From Vicugna vicugna (taxonomy: Eukaryota), in NCBI GenBank assembly GCA_013265495.1, contig MU058718.1, positions 3,796,081 to 3,860,080 on the forward strand: a DNA stretch of 64,000 nucleotides, written 5' to 3'. Positions 23,045 through 37,259 of the stretch are shown here, one piece after another. Numbering within the stretch: position 1 is the first letter of the stretch; each line of letters starts with the position of its first letter. The notes under the pieces are model-generated. The model saw nothing but the letters and a program-made list of their open reading frames with translations, was not told where the DNA came from and searched no databases. The translations under genes and the position numbers were made by a program.

Positions 23045-24590
23045 TTTTTTAAATTTAAAAATTTATTTTTTTATTTTTAGTTGAAATAGAGTTGATTTAC
23101 AATGTTGTATTAGTTTTTGGTGTACAGATTGGTGATTCAGTCACCTGTATACACACACATTTTTTTTTCATATTCTTTTTCATTATAGGTTATTATAAGT
23201 TATTGAATATATTTCCCTGTGCTGTATAGTAGGACCTTGTTGTTTATTCTGTATATAATAGTTGGTATCTGCTAATCCCAAACTCCCAATTTATCTCCCT
23301 CTCCTTACCCTTCAGTAACCATAAGTTTGTTCTCTATGTCTGTGAGTCTGTTCCTGTTTTGTAAATAAGTTCATTTCTGTCTTTTATTTTGGATTCCACA
23401 TAGAATTGATATCATATGACAGTTGTCTTTCTCTGACTTACTTCACTTAGGTCCATCCATGTTGCTGCAGATGACATTATTTCATTCTTTTTATTGCTGA
23501 GTAGTATTCCATTGTGTATATATACCGCATCTTTATCTACTCATTTGTTTTTTTTTAATTTTTTTAACATTTTTTATTGATTTATAATCATTTTACAATG
23601 TTGTGTCAAATTCCAGTGTTCAGCACAATTTTTCAGTCATTCATGGACATATACACAGTCATTGTCACATGTTTTTCTCTGTGAGTTATCATGACATTTT
23701 GTGTATATTTCCCTGTGCTATACAGTGTAATCTTGTTTATCTATTCTACAATTTTGAAATCCCAGTCTATCCCTTCTCACCCTCCACCCCTATCTACTCA
23801 TTTGTTGATGGACGTTGAGGTTGCTTCCATATCTTGGCTGTTGTAAATAGTGCTACTGTGAACATTATGGTGCACGTTATCTTTTCAATTTAGAGTTTTC
23901 TCCAGATATTTGCACAGGAGTGGGATTGCTGGATCATATGGTAAGCCTATTTTTAGTTTTTTAAGCAGTCACCATACTGTTTTTCATAATGGCTGCACCA
24001 AATTACATTCCATACCAACCTTTTCTCTGTACCCTCTCCAGCATTTATCGTTTATGGACTTTTAAATGATGGCCATTCTTACCGGTGTGAGGAGATACTT
24101 CATGGTAGTTTTGATTTGCATTTCTCTGATAATTAGCAATATTGAGCATCTTTTCATGTGCCTATTGGCTGTGTGTTTATCTTCATTGGAGAAATGTCTG
24201 TTCCGATCTTCTGCCGATTTTTGGATTGATTTTTTTTTTGTTTTTGTTTTTGTTTTTGTTTTGTCATTGAGTTATATGAGTTGTTCTTATATTCTGGAAG
24301 TTAGGGCCTTGTCAGTCACATCATTTGCAAAGATTTTCTCCCAGTCTATACATTGTCGTTTTGTTTTGTTTATTGTTTCCTTTGCTTTGCAAATGCTTGT
24401 AAGTTTAATTTTGTTTATTTCATTTTTATTTCTATTGACTGCCCTAGGAGAACATTGCTACAATTTATGTCAGAGAATGTTTTGCCTATGTTTCCTTCTA
24501 GGAGATTTATGGTGTTCTGTCTTAGGTTTAAGTATTTAAGCCACTTTAAGTTTATTTTTGTGTATGGTGTGAGGGTATGTAGATGATTTA
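23045..24590 (-). mobile_element. 5'-truncated L1 carrying a nested younger L1 3' end (23550-23790)
   Basis: Poly-T start, L1 3' UTR and ORF2 C-terminus antisense; the inner insert is flanked by a 16-bp duplication tatctactcatttgtt. Confidence 0.92.
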
Positions 24591-25039
24591 CATCACTCTA
24601 ACCTTTAAATTGTGGTTTCAGACCAAATACACAGGAAGAGAAACATGAAGCTTATTAACAAGTGATACTTGTCTTTTCAGGGCTTTGTTGCCAATTTAAG
24701 AGCTTAGTTCTGGATCAGATAAATTGGAGCAGGCAATTTCACTTTGCTGCATTGGACTGTTTTGAGTATTTGTACGCGTTTGAGTGTCATTAGAGAAGGC
24801 TATTGCTTTCCAATTATGTCAAGTACTGCTTAGGTTAGAGAGGGTAGACAACTCTCTGAAAAAGGCAAGATGAATTGAGGTCTAATGTAGCTCTGTTTCT
24901 GTTAAATGTCATAATCTCCCACTGAGATTTTGAGTAGTTGATATGGGAAGCCAGGCTGATAGCCCAGTCTATCCTTGGAGGTGTTGGACCCATGAGTCAT
25001 ACCTTCTAACATCTTTATAAAAATGAAATCCGATTAAAA

Positions 25040-25265
25040 TGACTAACACTGACTAATGTTTGTTTAGCTCTTTCACAATCAGTATATTATTTGTTTCTCA
25101 CAATAATCCTATGAGGTAGATGGGACAGATGTATTACCATCTCCAGTTTACCCAAAAAGAAACCTACTGTTTGCTCTAGATCTTACCGTTAGTAGGTGGC
25201 ATTGTGAGGACATGACTCCAGATCTTCTGACTCTATAATCTTTGTTGTTTCTACTATACCAAGCT
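25040..25265 (-). mobile_element. MIR SINE
   Basis: ctcacaataatcctatgaggtag...attaccatctccagtttaccc...actccagatcttctgactct. Confidence 0.7.
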
Positions 25266-27989
25266 GCCTTGGAACTGCATCTTTTAATTCATTGCTGTAT
25301 ACGTAGCCCTTAACACATTGCCTAGCACATAATAAATTCTATACCAATTATGGGCAGATGGTCAGATGAAACTTTGCTGCCTAACCCCTCTGCTGAGAGG
25401 TGGGGGTTTTTTTGGACTGATTCGAATATACGTATAAGCTTCAGGTCTCAGCACCAATTTTCAGAAGCACTTTTTCCTGGTTACCCCACTGGTTGTTACT
25501 CTTACCCTTATATTTTCCAAATTGGAGCCCAGGCTTGGTTTGCTTTTACTGTGGAGATGAATTTAGCTCATAGCCACTCTACAATGTTAATAACTAAAAA
25601 GAGAAACTGTCCTTTTTCTTGGTTGTTAGACACCCCTCCTGATGTGCCTTCTCTTATGCTCATTTTGTTGGAACTTTAGACTTACTGTTACCTAGATTAA
25701 TCGTGTCCAATAGACTAGAGTTGGTAATGTTATTACAAGTTAAAATAAACAAAATGCTAATCATTACAAGCAGTAGAATAGCCTGCCTTCTGTAGCATTA
25801 GCTGGTTACATCTGTTTGCCTCTTTCTAACTTAAGCCACATCTTGAGAAGGATGTTTTGTGAACCAGTGTGTTACTTCTCACACACATGCACCCTCTTTT
25901 TCAGGTGCACTATGCCTTCTTGCCCTTCTTTTTTAACCCTTCCTTTTATCAATATCAAGAAGAATCAAATGTGAGCATGACAGTATATTTTAATAGATAT
26001 AACTTGCAATAAATTATTAACAACTTCTGCATTTTAAGGTTTTTAGCCCCTAATTGTAATTGACAGTGGAGATGCTTGGGTCCCTTACCACCTTTTTTTT
26101 TCCCCCGGAATAATTTCTTATTCTTTCTGTAGATCCATGGGTAGGACTTGCCTTCCTATTTGTGTCTCTCTCTTCCTTGCCTCAGAATAGATAGCCTTCT
26201 TTCCTACCTTTAAAAAAAAAAAAGTGTAAGTAATATGTGTTCATTTTAGAAAACTGTGACATAGGAATAAATGAAAAATTACATGTACGTCCTTTATCGA
26301 GAGATAAATATTGTATATGTTTCTAGACTTTTTAAAAGTCATAATAATACATGCACATCATAATATATATTATATATAAGCATATATAAGCACAGTATAT
26401 ATAGTATATATATATAGCATATATATTTGATAATGTATGTTTTTCATATAACAGTATGTCACAACCAGCTTTTCATGTCAGTGAATATACACATTTAATA
26501 TTTGTGTATTATTTCCTTGTATCATTGTCCAATTTTTAACTCATTATTTTTGAACAAGCACATTGTCTCCAGTATTTCCCTATGTGTCCTGAAGGTATAT
26601 CTCATATGGACAGATTTGGGGTCACTCTAACAGGCAGGCCTTGGGCTTAATAGTGGGGCAAACACTACAGTACAGCCTCCTTCCATGGAAGAGAGAGCAC
26701 CTGTCTACACCTGGGCAACTGTGTGGAAGGCAGCGTGGGAAGAACTTGCGCCACCAAAATTAAGGAATTTGGGAGGTGGCTGGAACCTCTTACACAGTAC
26801 ATATATCCCTACCCTATCCTTGACAATGGGCCCTTTAACTTGTTTAAATAATAAGGACCTAGTATGTTTAGAAGCGGTAGATTTGCTTTTACTTTTAAAG
26901 TGCTGTAGAAAACTTTTCTGTATTGATCTAAAATCTGTCCCACGGAAACTAAAACAGGACAGGTAAATCTTTGTAATTCTTTGTTGACACACCAATTCTA
27001 CCCTCATACCTAAAGTACTGGACACATAAGGGGCGCTCAGTGAATACATGTTAAAATAATGAATGATTAATCTTCATTTTAAATTTTCATATGGAGGATA
27101 TGCTATAAGTGACTCCCCCCTTACTATATTTTGTTCACATAAAATTGATAATCTTATTGGAAGTGGTTTCCTTGAAATCTACATAACCTATACACTATGT
27201 AATGTGTGTTTATAACCTCCTCTTTTCCCAGAAAGATTTATAATAAAAGTGAAATGAAGCTCTTTACTTTGCCCTTATCACAGGAAAAGGTACTGCATTC
27301 TGTTTTGAATATAACACTTTTCAACGTTTGTTTTTAAATTTTAAAAATATCATAACTTTATAGAAATTTGAAGAAAAGTCACCTATAATGTGAATTTTGT
27401 AATGAATCTAAAATTTTAACTACTATTAATTTTGTTGGATATCAAACTTTGAGCATATAGTCAAAGTACATAGTAACCAGAATGGTACTAAGTGTCTGGA
27501 ATCTGTATATGGCATGTTGAAGAAATTAGCATATATCATCCATACATAGAAGGGAGCTTTTATATTTTTATCTGAGCAGGGTTAAAATTAGAACTAGGCC
27601 TTCTGACTGCCATGGGTACTCAATACATACTTACTGAATAAATCAATGAATTTAGGTATCTGAAATTTGTCATGGGAGGAGTAGTCTAAATCAGTGTTAC
27701 CTCACAGACCGAAATTGGGACCACTGAAGAGAAATTATAGGAAAGTAGATTTTGCTTATCATAAAAATTCTTCATACAACCAAAATTATCCTAAAAATGA
27801 ATGTATTGGGTTGACCAAATGACTTCCATAGACTAAGTAGAAGAGAATTAATTACTTTTTAGAAAGAAAAGTGAATTAGATGATTTCTAAAAGTTCTTCC
27901 AAACTGAGATTCTAATAGAAGAGTATCTTTGGAGTAGTTATAGTTTCAGTTTTGTCTGTTTTCTTTCTTCTTTCCTTCCCACCTACCTA

Positions 27990-30782
27990 TTTACTTATTT
28001 TTATTGAGGTATGATTGACTTACAATATTATATTAATTTCAGATGCACAGCAGAGTGATTTAGTTTTTTTATACGTTATAAAATGATCACAATGATAAGT
28101 CGAGTTACCATTTGTCACCATACAAATTTATTATACTATTACTGACTCTGTTCCCTGTGCTGTACATTACATTGCCATGACTTTTTTATGATCAGAAGTT
28201 TGTACCTCTTAATCTCTCTCACTTGTTTTACTTATTCCTCAATCCTCTCCTCTCTGGCAACCACTAGTTAGTTCTCTGATCTATGAGTCTATTTCTGTTT
28301 GGTTTTTGTTTTTTAGATTCCTCATATAAAGTGAAACCATACAGTATTTGTCTTTGTCTGACTTCCTTCATTTAGCATAATACCCACAAGGTCCATTCAT
28401 GTCACAAATGGCAAGGTTTCATTTTTTATGGCTGAGTAATATTCACACACATACACATCCTGTCTTCTTTATCTAGTCATCTATTGATAGACATTTGGGC
28501 TACTTCCATATCTTTACTTTTGTAAGTAAATCTGCAGTAAACAGTGACATGCATGTATCTTTTCAAACTGGTATTTTGGTTGCTTCACTTAGATACCCAG
28601 AAGTAAAATTGCTGGATCATATGGCAGTTCTATTTTTGATTTTTTGAGGAACCTCAACTGTTTTCCATAGTGGCTGCACCAATTTCCATCCCACCAGCAG
28701 TGCATGACGGTTTCCTTTTCTCCACATCCTTGCCAACACTTGTTATTTGTTGTCTTTTTGATGATAGCCATTCTGACAGGTGTGACATTGGGGTTTTGAT
28801 TTGCATTGCCCTGATGATTAGTGGTGTTGAACATCTTTTCATATGCCTGTTGGCCATCTGTATGTCTTTGGAAAAATGTCTGTTCATATCCTTTGCCCAT
28901 TTTTCAATTGGTTTTTTTTTTTTTTGATGTTGAGTTGTATGAGTTCTTTATAGATTTTGGGTATTAACCCTTTATGGGATATATATTTTTTTGCAAATAC
29001 TTCTCCCATTCTATAGGCAGCATTTTTGTTTTGTTGTAAAACAAAGCCTTTAAGTTTGACGTAGCCCTATTTATTTTTTCCCCTTGCTTGAGGAGATATA
29101 TTCAAAAAATATTACTAAGACCAATGTCAGAATGCACTACCTATGTTTCAGGAGTTTTATGGTTTCAGGTCTTACATTTAAGTCTTTTATCCATTTTGAG
29201 TTTAAGATATATGTGTATGGTGTGAGAAAGCAGTCTAGTTTGATTCTTTTGCATGTAGCTGTCCAATTTTACAAGTACCATTTCTGGAAGAGGCTATCTT
29301 TTCCCCATTGTATATCCTTGCCTACTTTGCCATAGATTAATTGATCACGTAAGAGTGGGCTTATTTCTGGCCTCTCTATTCTATTCCATTGACTTATGGG
29401 TCTGTTTTTGTGCCAGTACCACACCGTTTTGATTACTGTAGTTTTATAGTATAAATAAATTAAGGAGTGTGATACCTGCAGCTTTGTTTTTCTTTCTCAT
29501 GATTGTTTTGGTTATTTGGAATGTTTTGTGTTTCTATATAAATTCCAGAATTATTTGTTCTAGTTCCATCAAAAATGCCATTGGTGTTTTGACGAGATTG
29601 CATTGACTCTGTAGATTGCCATGGGTAGTATGGCCATTTTAACAATATTAATGTATCCAGTTCATGAGCATGGTATATCTTACCATTTGTTTGTGTCGTC
29701 TTCAGTTTCTTTCATCAGTGTCTTACAGTTTTCTTACTACAGGTCTTTTACCTCCTTGGTTAGAATTACTCCTAAGTATTTTATTCTTTTTGATGCAATT
29801 ATAAATGGAATTGTTTTCTTAATTTCTCTTTCTGATAGTTAATTGTTAGTGTATAGAAACACAATAGATTGCAAAACAATCTTGAAAAAGAAGAACAAAG
29901 CTGAAGGTATCATGCTCCCTAATATCAAACTATACTATAAAGCTAGAGTAATATATTAATTTGTATCCTGCAGCCTTACTGAATTCATTTATTAGTTTTA
30001 ATAGTTTTTTGGTGACATCATAAGGATTTTATCTATATAATATGTCATTTACAAACAGTGACAGTTTTACTTCTTCTTTTCCATTTTGGATTCTTTTTAT
30101 TTATTTTTCTTGTCTGATAGCTGGGGTTAGGACTTCCAAATTGTGTTGAATATAAGTGGCAAGAGTGAGCACCCTTGTCATGTTCCTGATTTTAGAGGAA
30201 ATGCTTTTAGCTGTCAAATATGACATTGACTGTAGATTTGTAATATATGGCTTCTATTGTGTTAAGATATGTTCTCTTTATACCCACTTTCTGGAGAGTT
30301 TTTAATCATAAATGGATGTTGAACTTTGTCTGAAGCTTTTTCTGCATCTGTTGAGATGATCGTATAATTTTTGTTCTTCAGTTTTTTAATGTGGTGTATC
30401 ACATTGATTGAGTTGCAGATATTGAACCATCCTTACGTTCCTGGGATAAATCTCACTTGGTCATGGTGTATGATCCTTTTAATGTATTGTTAAATTCAGT
30501 TTGTTCATATTTTGTTGAGGAATTCTGCATCTGTTCATCTTTTATTTTCTTTTTTTGTGATGTCTTGTCAGGTTTTGGATCAGGATGTTGCTGGCCTCAT
30601 AGAATCAGCTCAGAAGTGTTCCTTCCTCTTCCATTTTTTTTGGAATAATTTGAGAAGGATAGGTGTTAACTCTTTAAATGTTCACCTTTCAAGCTGTCTG
30701 GTCTTAGACTTTTGTTTGTTGGAAATTTTTTTTTTATTGATTTAATTTCATTACTGGTCATTGATCTTTTCATATTTTCTAG
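27990..30782 (-). mobile_element. L1, about 2.8 kb, 5'-truncated (ORF2 3' half and 3' UTR)
   Basis: ORFs 28589..28900 and 28654..28887 carry L1 ORF2 motifs ([43 protein letters not shown]). Confidence 0.93.
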
Positions 30783-30789
30783 GTTCCAT

Positions 30790-32530
30790 AGAAACCTAAA
30801 ATTTAAATATGTTCAAATCTGAGCTCCTCCTCTGTGTTCCTTCACTGTCCTCCCCCTCCACTGATAAAATATGTCTATCTTCCTATGTTTGTGTTTGTGA
30901 TCTTAGTGAATGGGATTGCATTGTCTACTCACTTGTGCAATCCAGAAATTAGGGGTTATCCTTGACATGCTATTTCTTTGCATTTCACATTAAATAGTTT
31001 GCCAATTCCTATTGGAGACAGGCTTGGACTTGAGCATAGCAGAGGAGATAGAGGGAAGTTAATGGAATTGCTTTGTATTTTTAAGCCATCACTATTTGCT
31101 GAGAGATCAGATGGGAAGAATGTGAAGGAAAGAATTCTTATGAAGAATGACCTAGGGTTTTGTACTTAAGCAGTAACTGGCTGCAGTAAATTTTATTTAG
31201 ATTGGGAATATTTGAGGATGAATGGATTTGTGGAGCAGGGATAAATGAGTGTTCTGTGTTAGGCATATTAGGGTTGACATGCCTGTTAGGCTTCCATGGA
31301 TTTAGGAGTCTGGAGCTAAGGGAGGAGAGATTTGTTATGTTAAAACCATAAGACTACATAGGAGAATGTTATATAAAGAAATGGTTAACTTCCATTTTAG
31401 TATAGGTAACAGAGGAGTGAGTAACAAAGAGGCTTAGGCATGACTGAAGATTTTAAGAGAGAGGTATAAAATATTCCTTATAAAGAGTAGGAAATCAAAC
31501 CTAGTGGAGAAGTTGTAGTTTGAGGTTTGTGTTATGATTTGAAAATAAGACCAGTTCATGTGTTTTTTATAATTTTTTCCCCAGTAACATTTAGTTATGA
31601 ATATCAGTATGGAATTAGTGGATAATTGAGTTTAATCAGATTAGGATTTTGCTAGGCTAGTATGATAGAGGATAAGAGGAGAAAGGAAGTTAAGGATGTT
31701 TTCAAGGGAGTGACTATAAATAGTGGTGGATGATGGAACCCTAATAGCTAAGGGAAGATGTGCGGAGTTGAGAGACATAATTAGTAGTTGTATGGGAATG
31801 CACTGGGTTGATAAGGTGGAAGAATTACTGGAATGGGACAACTAGAGTAAGTGAGCTGAAAAGATAGGTTGTGATCAGGAATTGAGATGTTTGAAATTAG
31901 GGTTCAGATAGAAGGCTAAAGAATGAAAAGTCAGAGTAGATCTGGATATTGAAGCCTCTAAGAATGGTGCCTAGGAAGTGGGTAGAGAGGAACACCGTGA
32001 GCCAGGAGCCATAACATCTTAAATGAACAAGAAGAGGTGACCAAGAAGTAGGTAGATGATAGCTACAATAGGGTAGTACGTAATACAGTCTGACTTGAGC
32101 TTCAGAAGAATCGTATTTCACCATCGTCTCTTTACACTCTTATGTTTCCTTAGTGCAAGATCATTTTACTTCTTTGAAATGACCATGTTTTCTCCTATCT
32201 TTACACTTTTGCCTGGAATTCTGCTATAATTCCTTACCCACCCCTCTCCTCCCAGGAAAGGCTCTCATCAGATCCCAATGTAGATTTACTTTTTCCTGGA
32301 AGCTTTCTCCAACCAGCTTTGACTTGGCTTAGAACCCTCCTGTGTTGTCTTGTGTCACCTTTGAGAGCATTTCTCACATTGTTGTATTTACTATTCACTT
32401 ACATGTCTCTCCACTGATAAAAGCTGAAGACAGGACTGTTTTGTTTCATTCCATCCCCAGTATCAATAACAGTACCTGGCACATATTTATTAAATAGTAA
32501 TATTTAGTATTCATTAATGTTTATTGAATT
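30790..32530. mobile_element. Cluster of L2 fragments in both orientations
   Basis: aaatttaaatatgttcaaatctgagctcc (+), gacatgcctgttaggcttcc...ggagtctggagctaagggagga (-), aacagtacctggcacata...tgtttattgaattagtgaa (+). Confidence 0.6.
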
Positions 32531-34204
32531 AGTGAACCAGTCAAACAGTTCCACAAACATTCCATTGTCAAATATTGAGAAATCTGGATTTTCTGTTGTC
32601 ATGTTAAAGAATATTTTTGGAGGAAGGGAGCATATTTGAAATTCATGCCCTCAGTTGGCTTCATGGAAAAGTTTTGTAACCCTAAAAAATGCTGGAGGTT
32701 AACTGGGTTTAGGATGAGGGGCTTTAATGTGAAAAACAGTGAAGTGGAACACAAGAGCTGATCTCATTTATCTTCATAGTGACCATCTTGGTTGCCATAA
32801 CTATTTTTAGATGACTATCAATACTTGCCAGTTTTATTTTTTTACCCCAATTCAAAAAAAAAAAATTGTCCTCTGGCTTCCTCAGTACTGAGACATACTG
32901 TGCTTTAAATCCTATCTTCCTGTTCTCTGTTGATAACTCAAGACTTTTCCTTTAATTATTTCTTAGTCACATTAAAATTTTTACACATGGGAAAGTTCAT
33001 GGCCTATAAAACTGGCAGCTTCATAATAGTGTTGAAATAGAAACGGCTTAGGAAGATAAGCATCTTTAATTTTTTTCTTGGTAAAAGTGGAAATTTAACT
33101 TTTTTACTATGAATTAAAAATCTAAGACTGGCGAGTTTGAATAAAATACTTCCTTGGTAGCAAATTGACTTGGAAATATTAAGAGATACAGTAAATACCT
33201 TGGCAACGAAAATAGAAACTTAAGTGGGAAAGCTCTTTTATATATTTTATAGTGACGTTGATCCTATTTATTATTAGTTTACTTTTTCCACCCAGTAATT
33301 TTAATTCTTGATTAATAAAGAGTTAAGAGATAACCTATAGTATAATATTTTATTAGACTTCTGGGTGTTTAGTATATCCTTAAGTCTGAATATTAGTGTA
33401 TAATAATAACAAACTAAATGAGTAGGAGTCATATACTTAGATCCTTTTGTAGAGGTGCTGTGGCATTTCTGTTAGTTCCTTTTATTAACATAATGCAGGA
33501 TCTTCAAATTCTTTTGTGTTAAAATTAAAAACGAAAATGCTTGAGAATATCACACTTAATTTGTTGAAAGGAAATGTTGGGTTTCAGAAACCAGTGCTAT
33601 GTATGACTCCACTGGATTATAGTGTGAAATTGTGTAGTTAAATTTCTGAAAGATCTCTTTAGTAAATTGAATCTGTAAAGTCTCTGTTTAGAAGATCTTT
33701 TTTTCTGAAAGCCTCTGTGCCTTTCATTATAAAAGAGCCTGGTACTGCTTTCTGTTTTAAAATTCCAGCTGGAAAATTACAGAGTATGAACATTTACCCA
33801 TCAGTTCTGCATTTGGAGAGAGAAGAAATATGTCTTCAAAATGGAGACTTAACACTTAAGTATTTATCCTATCAGTGGGAGTTATACCTCATATTCTTTA
33901 CTTTTCATTTCTATAACGACATAGAATATATTTTGGCTTCTGCATGCTGTAGCTGAATTTTAAAATGCCATCTTTATTTTATGTGGTTCTGTGATTGTTC
34001 AAACCTTCCAATGATCTGTTTCTTTCTGAGCCTCTGAGAATGTCTAAAACAAGGCATTCTTGGTTCTTGCCTCTTCATTTTGGTTCTGTTAAATTGAAAT
34101 ACAACATATTAGTGTTGATTCTAATCATAAAAATTGACTTAGTGTGTCTAAAAGTACTGATATACTTAAATTTTAATTTTGTATATATTCTTTTAAAAAT
34201 AATA

Positions 34205-34720
34205 GATTTAATTTTAGTACTATTTTAGATTGATAGAATAACTGAGCAGATATATAGAGTTACATTCATCCACACCCTACCCACCCATGCAGTTTCCCCT
34301 TTTATTAACATCTTACATTAAGTTTGGTATATTTATTACAATTATTGAACCAATGTAGATATTTTATTATAGTCCATATTTACAGGAAGGTTCACTCTTT
34401 GTAAACAGTTCTGTGGATTTTGACAGATGCATAGTGACATCCACCAATATAGTTTTATACAGAATTGTTTCATTATCCTAAAAATTCCCCGTGCTTCACC
34501 TATTCAGCACTCTTCCCCATACCCCTGGCAACCATTGTTGTTTTTACTTTCTATGGTTTTGCCTTTTCTGGAATGTCAGAATGTTATATAGTTGGACTTA
34601 CACAGTATGTAGCTTTTCCATGCTGATTTCTTCACATAGCAATAGGCATTTAAGGTTTCTCCATGTGTTTTCATGGCTGGATGGCTCATTTCTTTTTATC
34701 GCTGAATAATATTCCACTGT
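34205..34720 (-). mobile_element. L1M (L1MB/MC-like) 3' UTR fragment
   Basis: cagtttccccttttattaacatcttacatt...cccctggcaaccatt...catttctttttatcgctgaataatattccactgtat. Confidence 0.8.
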
Positions 34721-36580
34721 ATAGAAATAAATGCTGAAAGATCTTAGAAACTGGAAAAGACCTGAGGCAATTCTTCTGTCCAAGGGTGAGGAAGAGGAGA
34801 GGTTAGGAGTGGTGTGAGGCTTCTGGCTGACCTCTCCCCACTTCTGTAAATACATTTGCAGTTGAGGGAGGGGTAACCAGTAACCAGGGGTGGGGGGGTG
34901 TTAAAATACTTGTTTTCTCTTCCTGAAACTCCTCCTTACTCTACTTACGTGATTGATGAGGAAAATATGAACTTCTCATCACAAATATTTGAGACTGATG
35001 CTGTAGAAAATCCCTTTTTTCTTCTACCTTTCTGTTTGTGACTTTCCCTCTGTGTCCTTCTCCCCCATTCTATTCTTTTTCTTATACTCTATGTGTTATT
35101 TCTAAAAATAGCCCTTCTAAGCCTCTCTTCCCTACATTCTTTGTTATTCTTCTATTCCCTTCCCTTTTTCTTTTCCACTTTCTTCTTTCCTCTGGTAACA
35201 TGACCTACTTAGCCTAGCAAAGTAAGTATAATCATACTTTTTCTGTTTCATCATATGCTCCTTATTTTTTATACCAAGTATGAAAATTCAAATCTAATAT
35301 AGTGAGATGAAAGATGTTATAAATTACTAAATTGTATTTCCACATATGATGTACCACTGGGTACAGTGAGAATGAGCACTTATATTAGTGATGACAATAT
35401 AATGTTTCAATGCTATTAGACTATTTTGGCAGTGTGTGTTGATGGCCTTATGTTCATATTTATACCCTTGACCTAATAATTTTATACCTTAGAATCCATT
35501 TGAAAGAAATAATCTTAAATAATGAAAAGACTGTGTGTAACATCCTTAATGTCTGGCAGTAAGGGAGAATGATTATATGCACTATTATATAGCCATTTAG
35601 AATTATGTATAGCACAGAGAAAGTACATAACTTTAAAAAAAAAAGAATAAAAATTTGTACCTCGAGTAGAACTTGGCAGACATAGTTTAAACATCCATAG
35701 TTGGTGAGAGTATAAATCACCATAATTTTCTTCAGAGCAATGTGGCAATATATCCGTTTAAAATCCACATATCTTTCAACCTAACAGTTATGCTTGTGGG
35801 TTCCCTTACTGATAAACTTTGATATGTGCTGAAATCTTTGCAGTGATAATCATTGCGCACTAATTATACTAAGTATGTCCATGATATTTTGTTAAGTAGT
35901 AAATAGTTTCTCTTCTAGGAATTTATTTGAAGGAAATAATCAAATAATCTATGGATATATGTAAAGCTATGATATATATTTATATCCCTCCATTTATAAT
36001 TCCAAAATAATTATAAAATCCTGAGTGTCCAAAAACAGCAGGTAAGTTAAATTAATTATATATACCACCAATGGAAAATTAGGCAGCATTGCAAATCATG
36101 TTGTAGAAGACTGTGATGGTACATCCTGTAAAACACATATGCAGTTGAGCACACATACACAGAGCAAGAAAGGAAATATGTATGCTAATTATTGACTTCT
36201 TTCCTCTGTATAGTAAGATACAGATAATTTGGTTTTTTATTTTCCTTTAAAGGCCTATAAAATATATAAAAACCAAGAGTTTTTCTTTGATTAAGAAAAG
36301 TCAGTATAAGAAAATACTTGGAGGAAGGACACCAAAATTTTAAACAATAGTTGACTTTCGATGGCAGGACTAAAGGTAATTTGTGTGTGTGTGCATTTTT
36401 TCTATATTTTTCTCTAGTGGGAAAATAAGTATACTCATTTCATTAGAAATAAAGATTCTGTTGATTTTCAGCTTTGATAAAAGCCTGATTGATAAGTAAC
36501 TAATTAATTTTTGTTTTTACCAAGTAACTTTTATATAGTTGATAGACTTTTTAAAAATTATACTTTCATTTTTATTTTAG

Positions 36581-36638
36581 GCCAGAAATATACATACAGG
36601 AGAGTTGGCTGCAGTAAAAATTATCAAATTGGAGCCTG
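36581..36638 (+). CDS. MAP4K5: MAP4K5 coding exon 2, 58 nt
   Basis: tttattttag|GCC...CCT G|gtatgt = ARNIHTGELAAVKIIKLEP(G), with the catalytic AVK lysine; phases 0/1 match the neighbouring exons. Confidence 0.96.
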
Positions 36639-37259
36639 GTATGTATTAAAACTCTCAAGATAATTTTCGAAAACTTTTCTTGTGCAGTTTATAAGTGTGA
36701 AATTTAAAAGGAGTTTCCATATTTCCTTCCGTATTTCCCTTCTTCCAAAAGAGATCTTTTATTTTGTCAGGGCAGTGTATCTCCAATACAGTTGTATTAA
36801 ATTTAAATTCCATTGGAGGTTGTTCATTAAGGATGAATTTGATGCAGTTTTGTTGCTAAATGAAGTTTGAAATATGCACATTCAGAAATTGAAAGACAAC
36901 GATGCTAAAGTAAATTTCTTTTAAGATTATAGTGAACTACTTTAACTACAGTTTTAGCTTCTATGAGAATTTGATGAGTAAAGTATTGATTGATTTGGGG
37001 GGAATATTTGGTGAAAGTCAAGATAATTGTATTTTATATGTCAGCTGTTCCCTGGCTAATTGATAGAGGTTTAATAACTCTGGTCTTAGCCTAATGCTTA
37101 TTTTTTTATACCTCTATCTATTGGAAGGCTGTTTGTTTTAAAATGTACTGAGTAATTTGCTTTGAAAATAAAGCTACTATATAAAACCTGAAGTGATTTT
37201 GTTATTTTGATAACCTAAAAGTTTCTAATGAGAGCAGTAGTAGCTTTCCTTTTTCTCTA

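Noticed and set aside
26355..26430. TA-rich quasi-palindromic stretch
   Set aside because: Low-complexity (TA)n decay.
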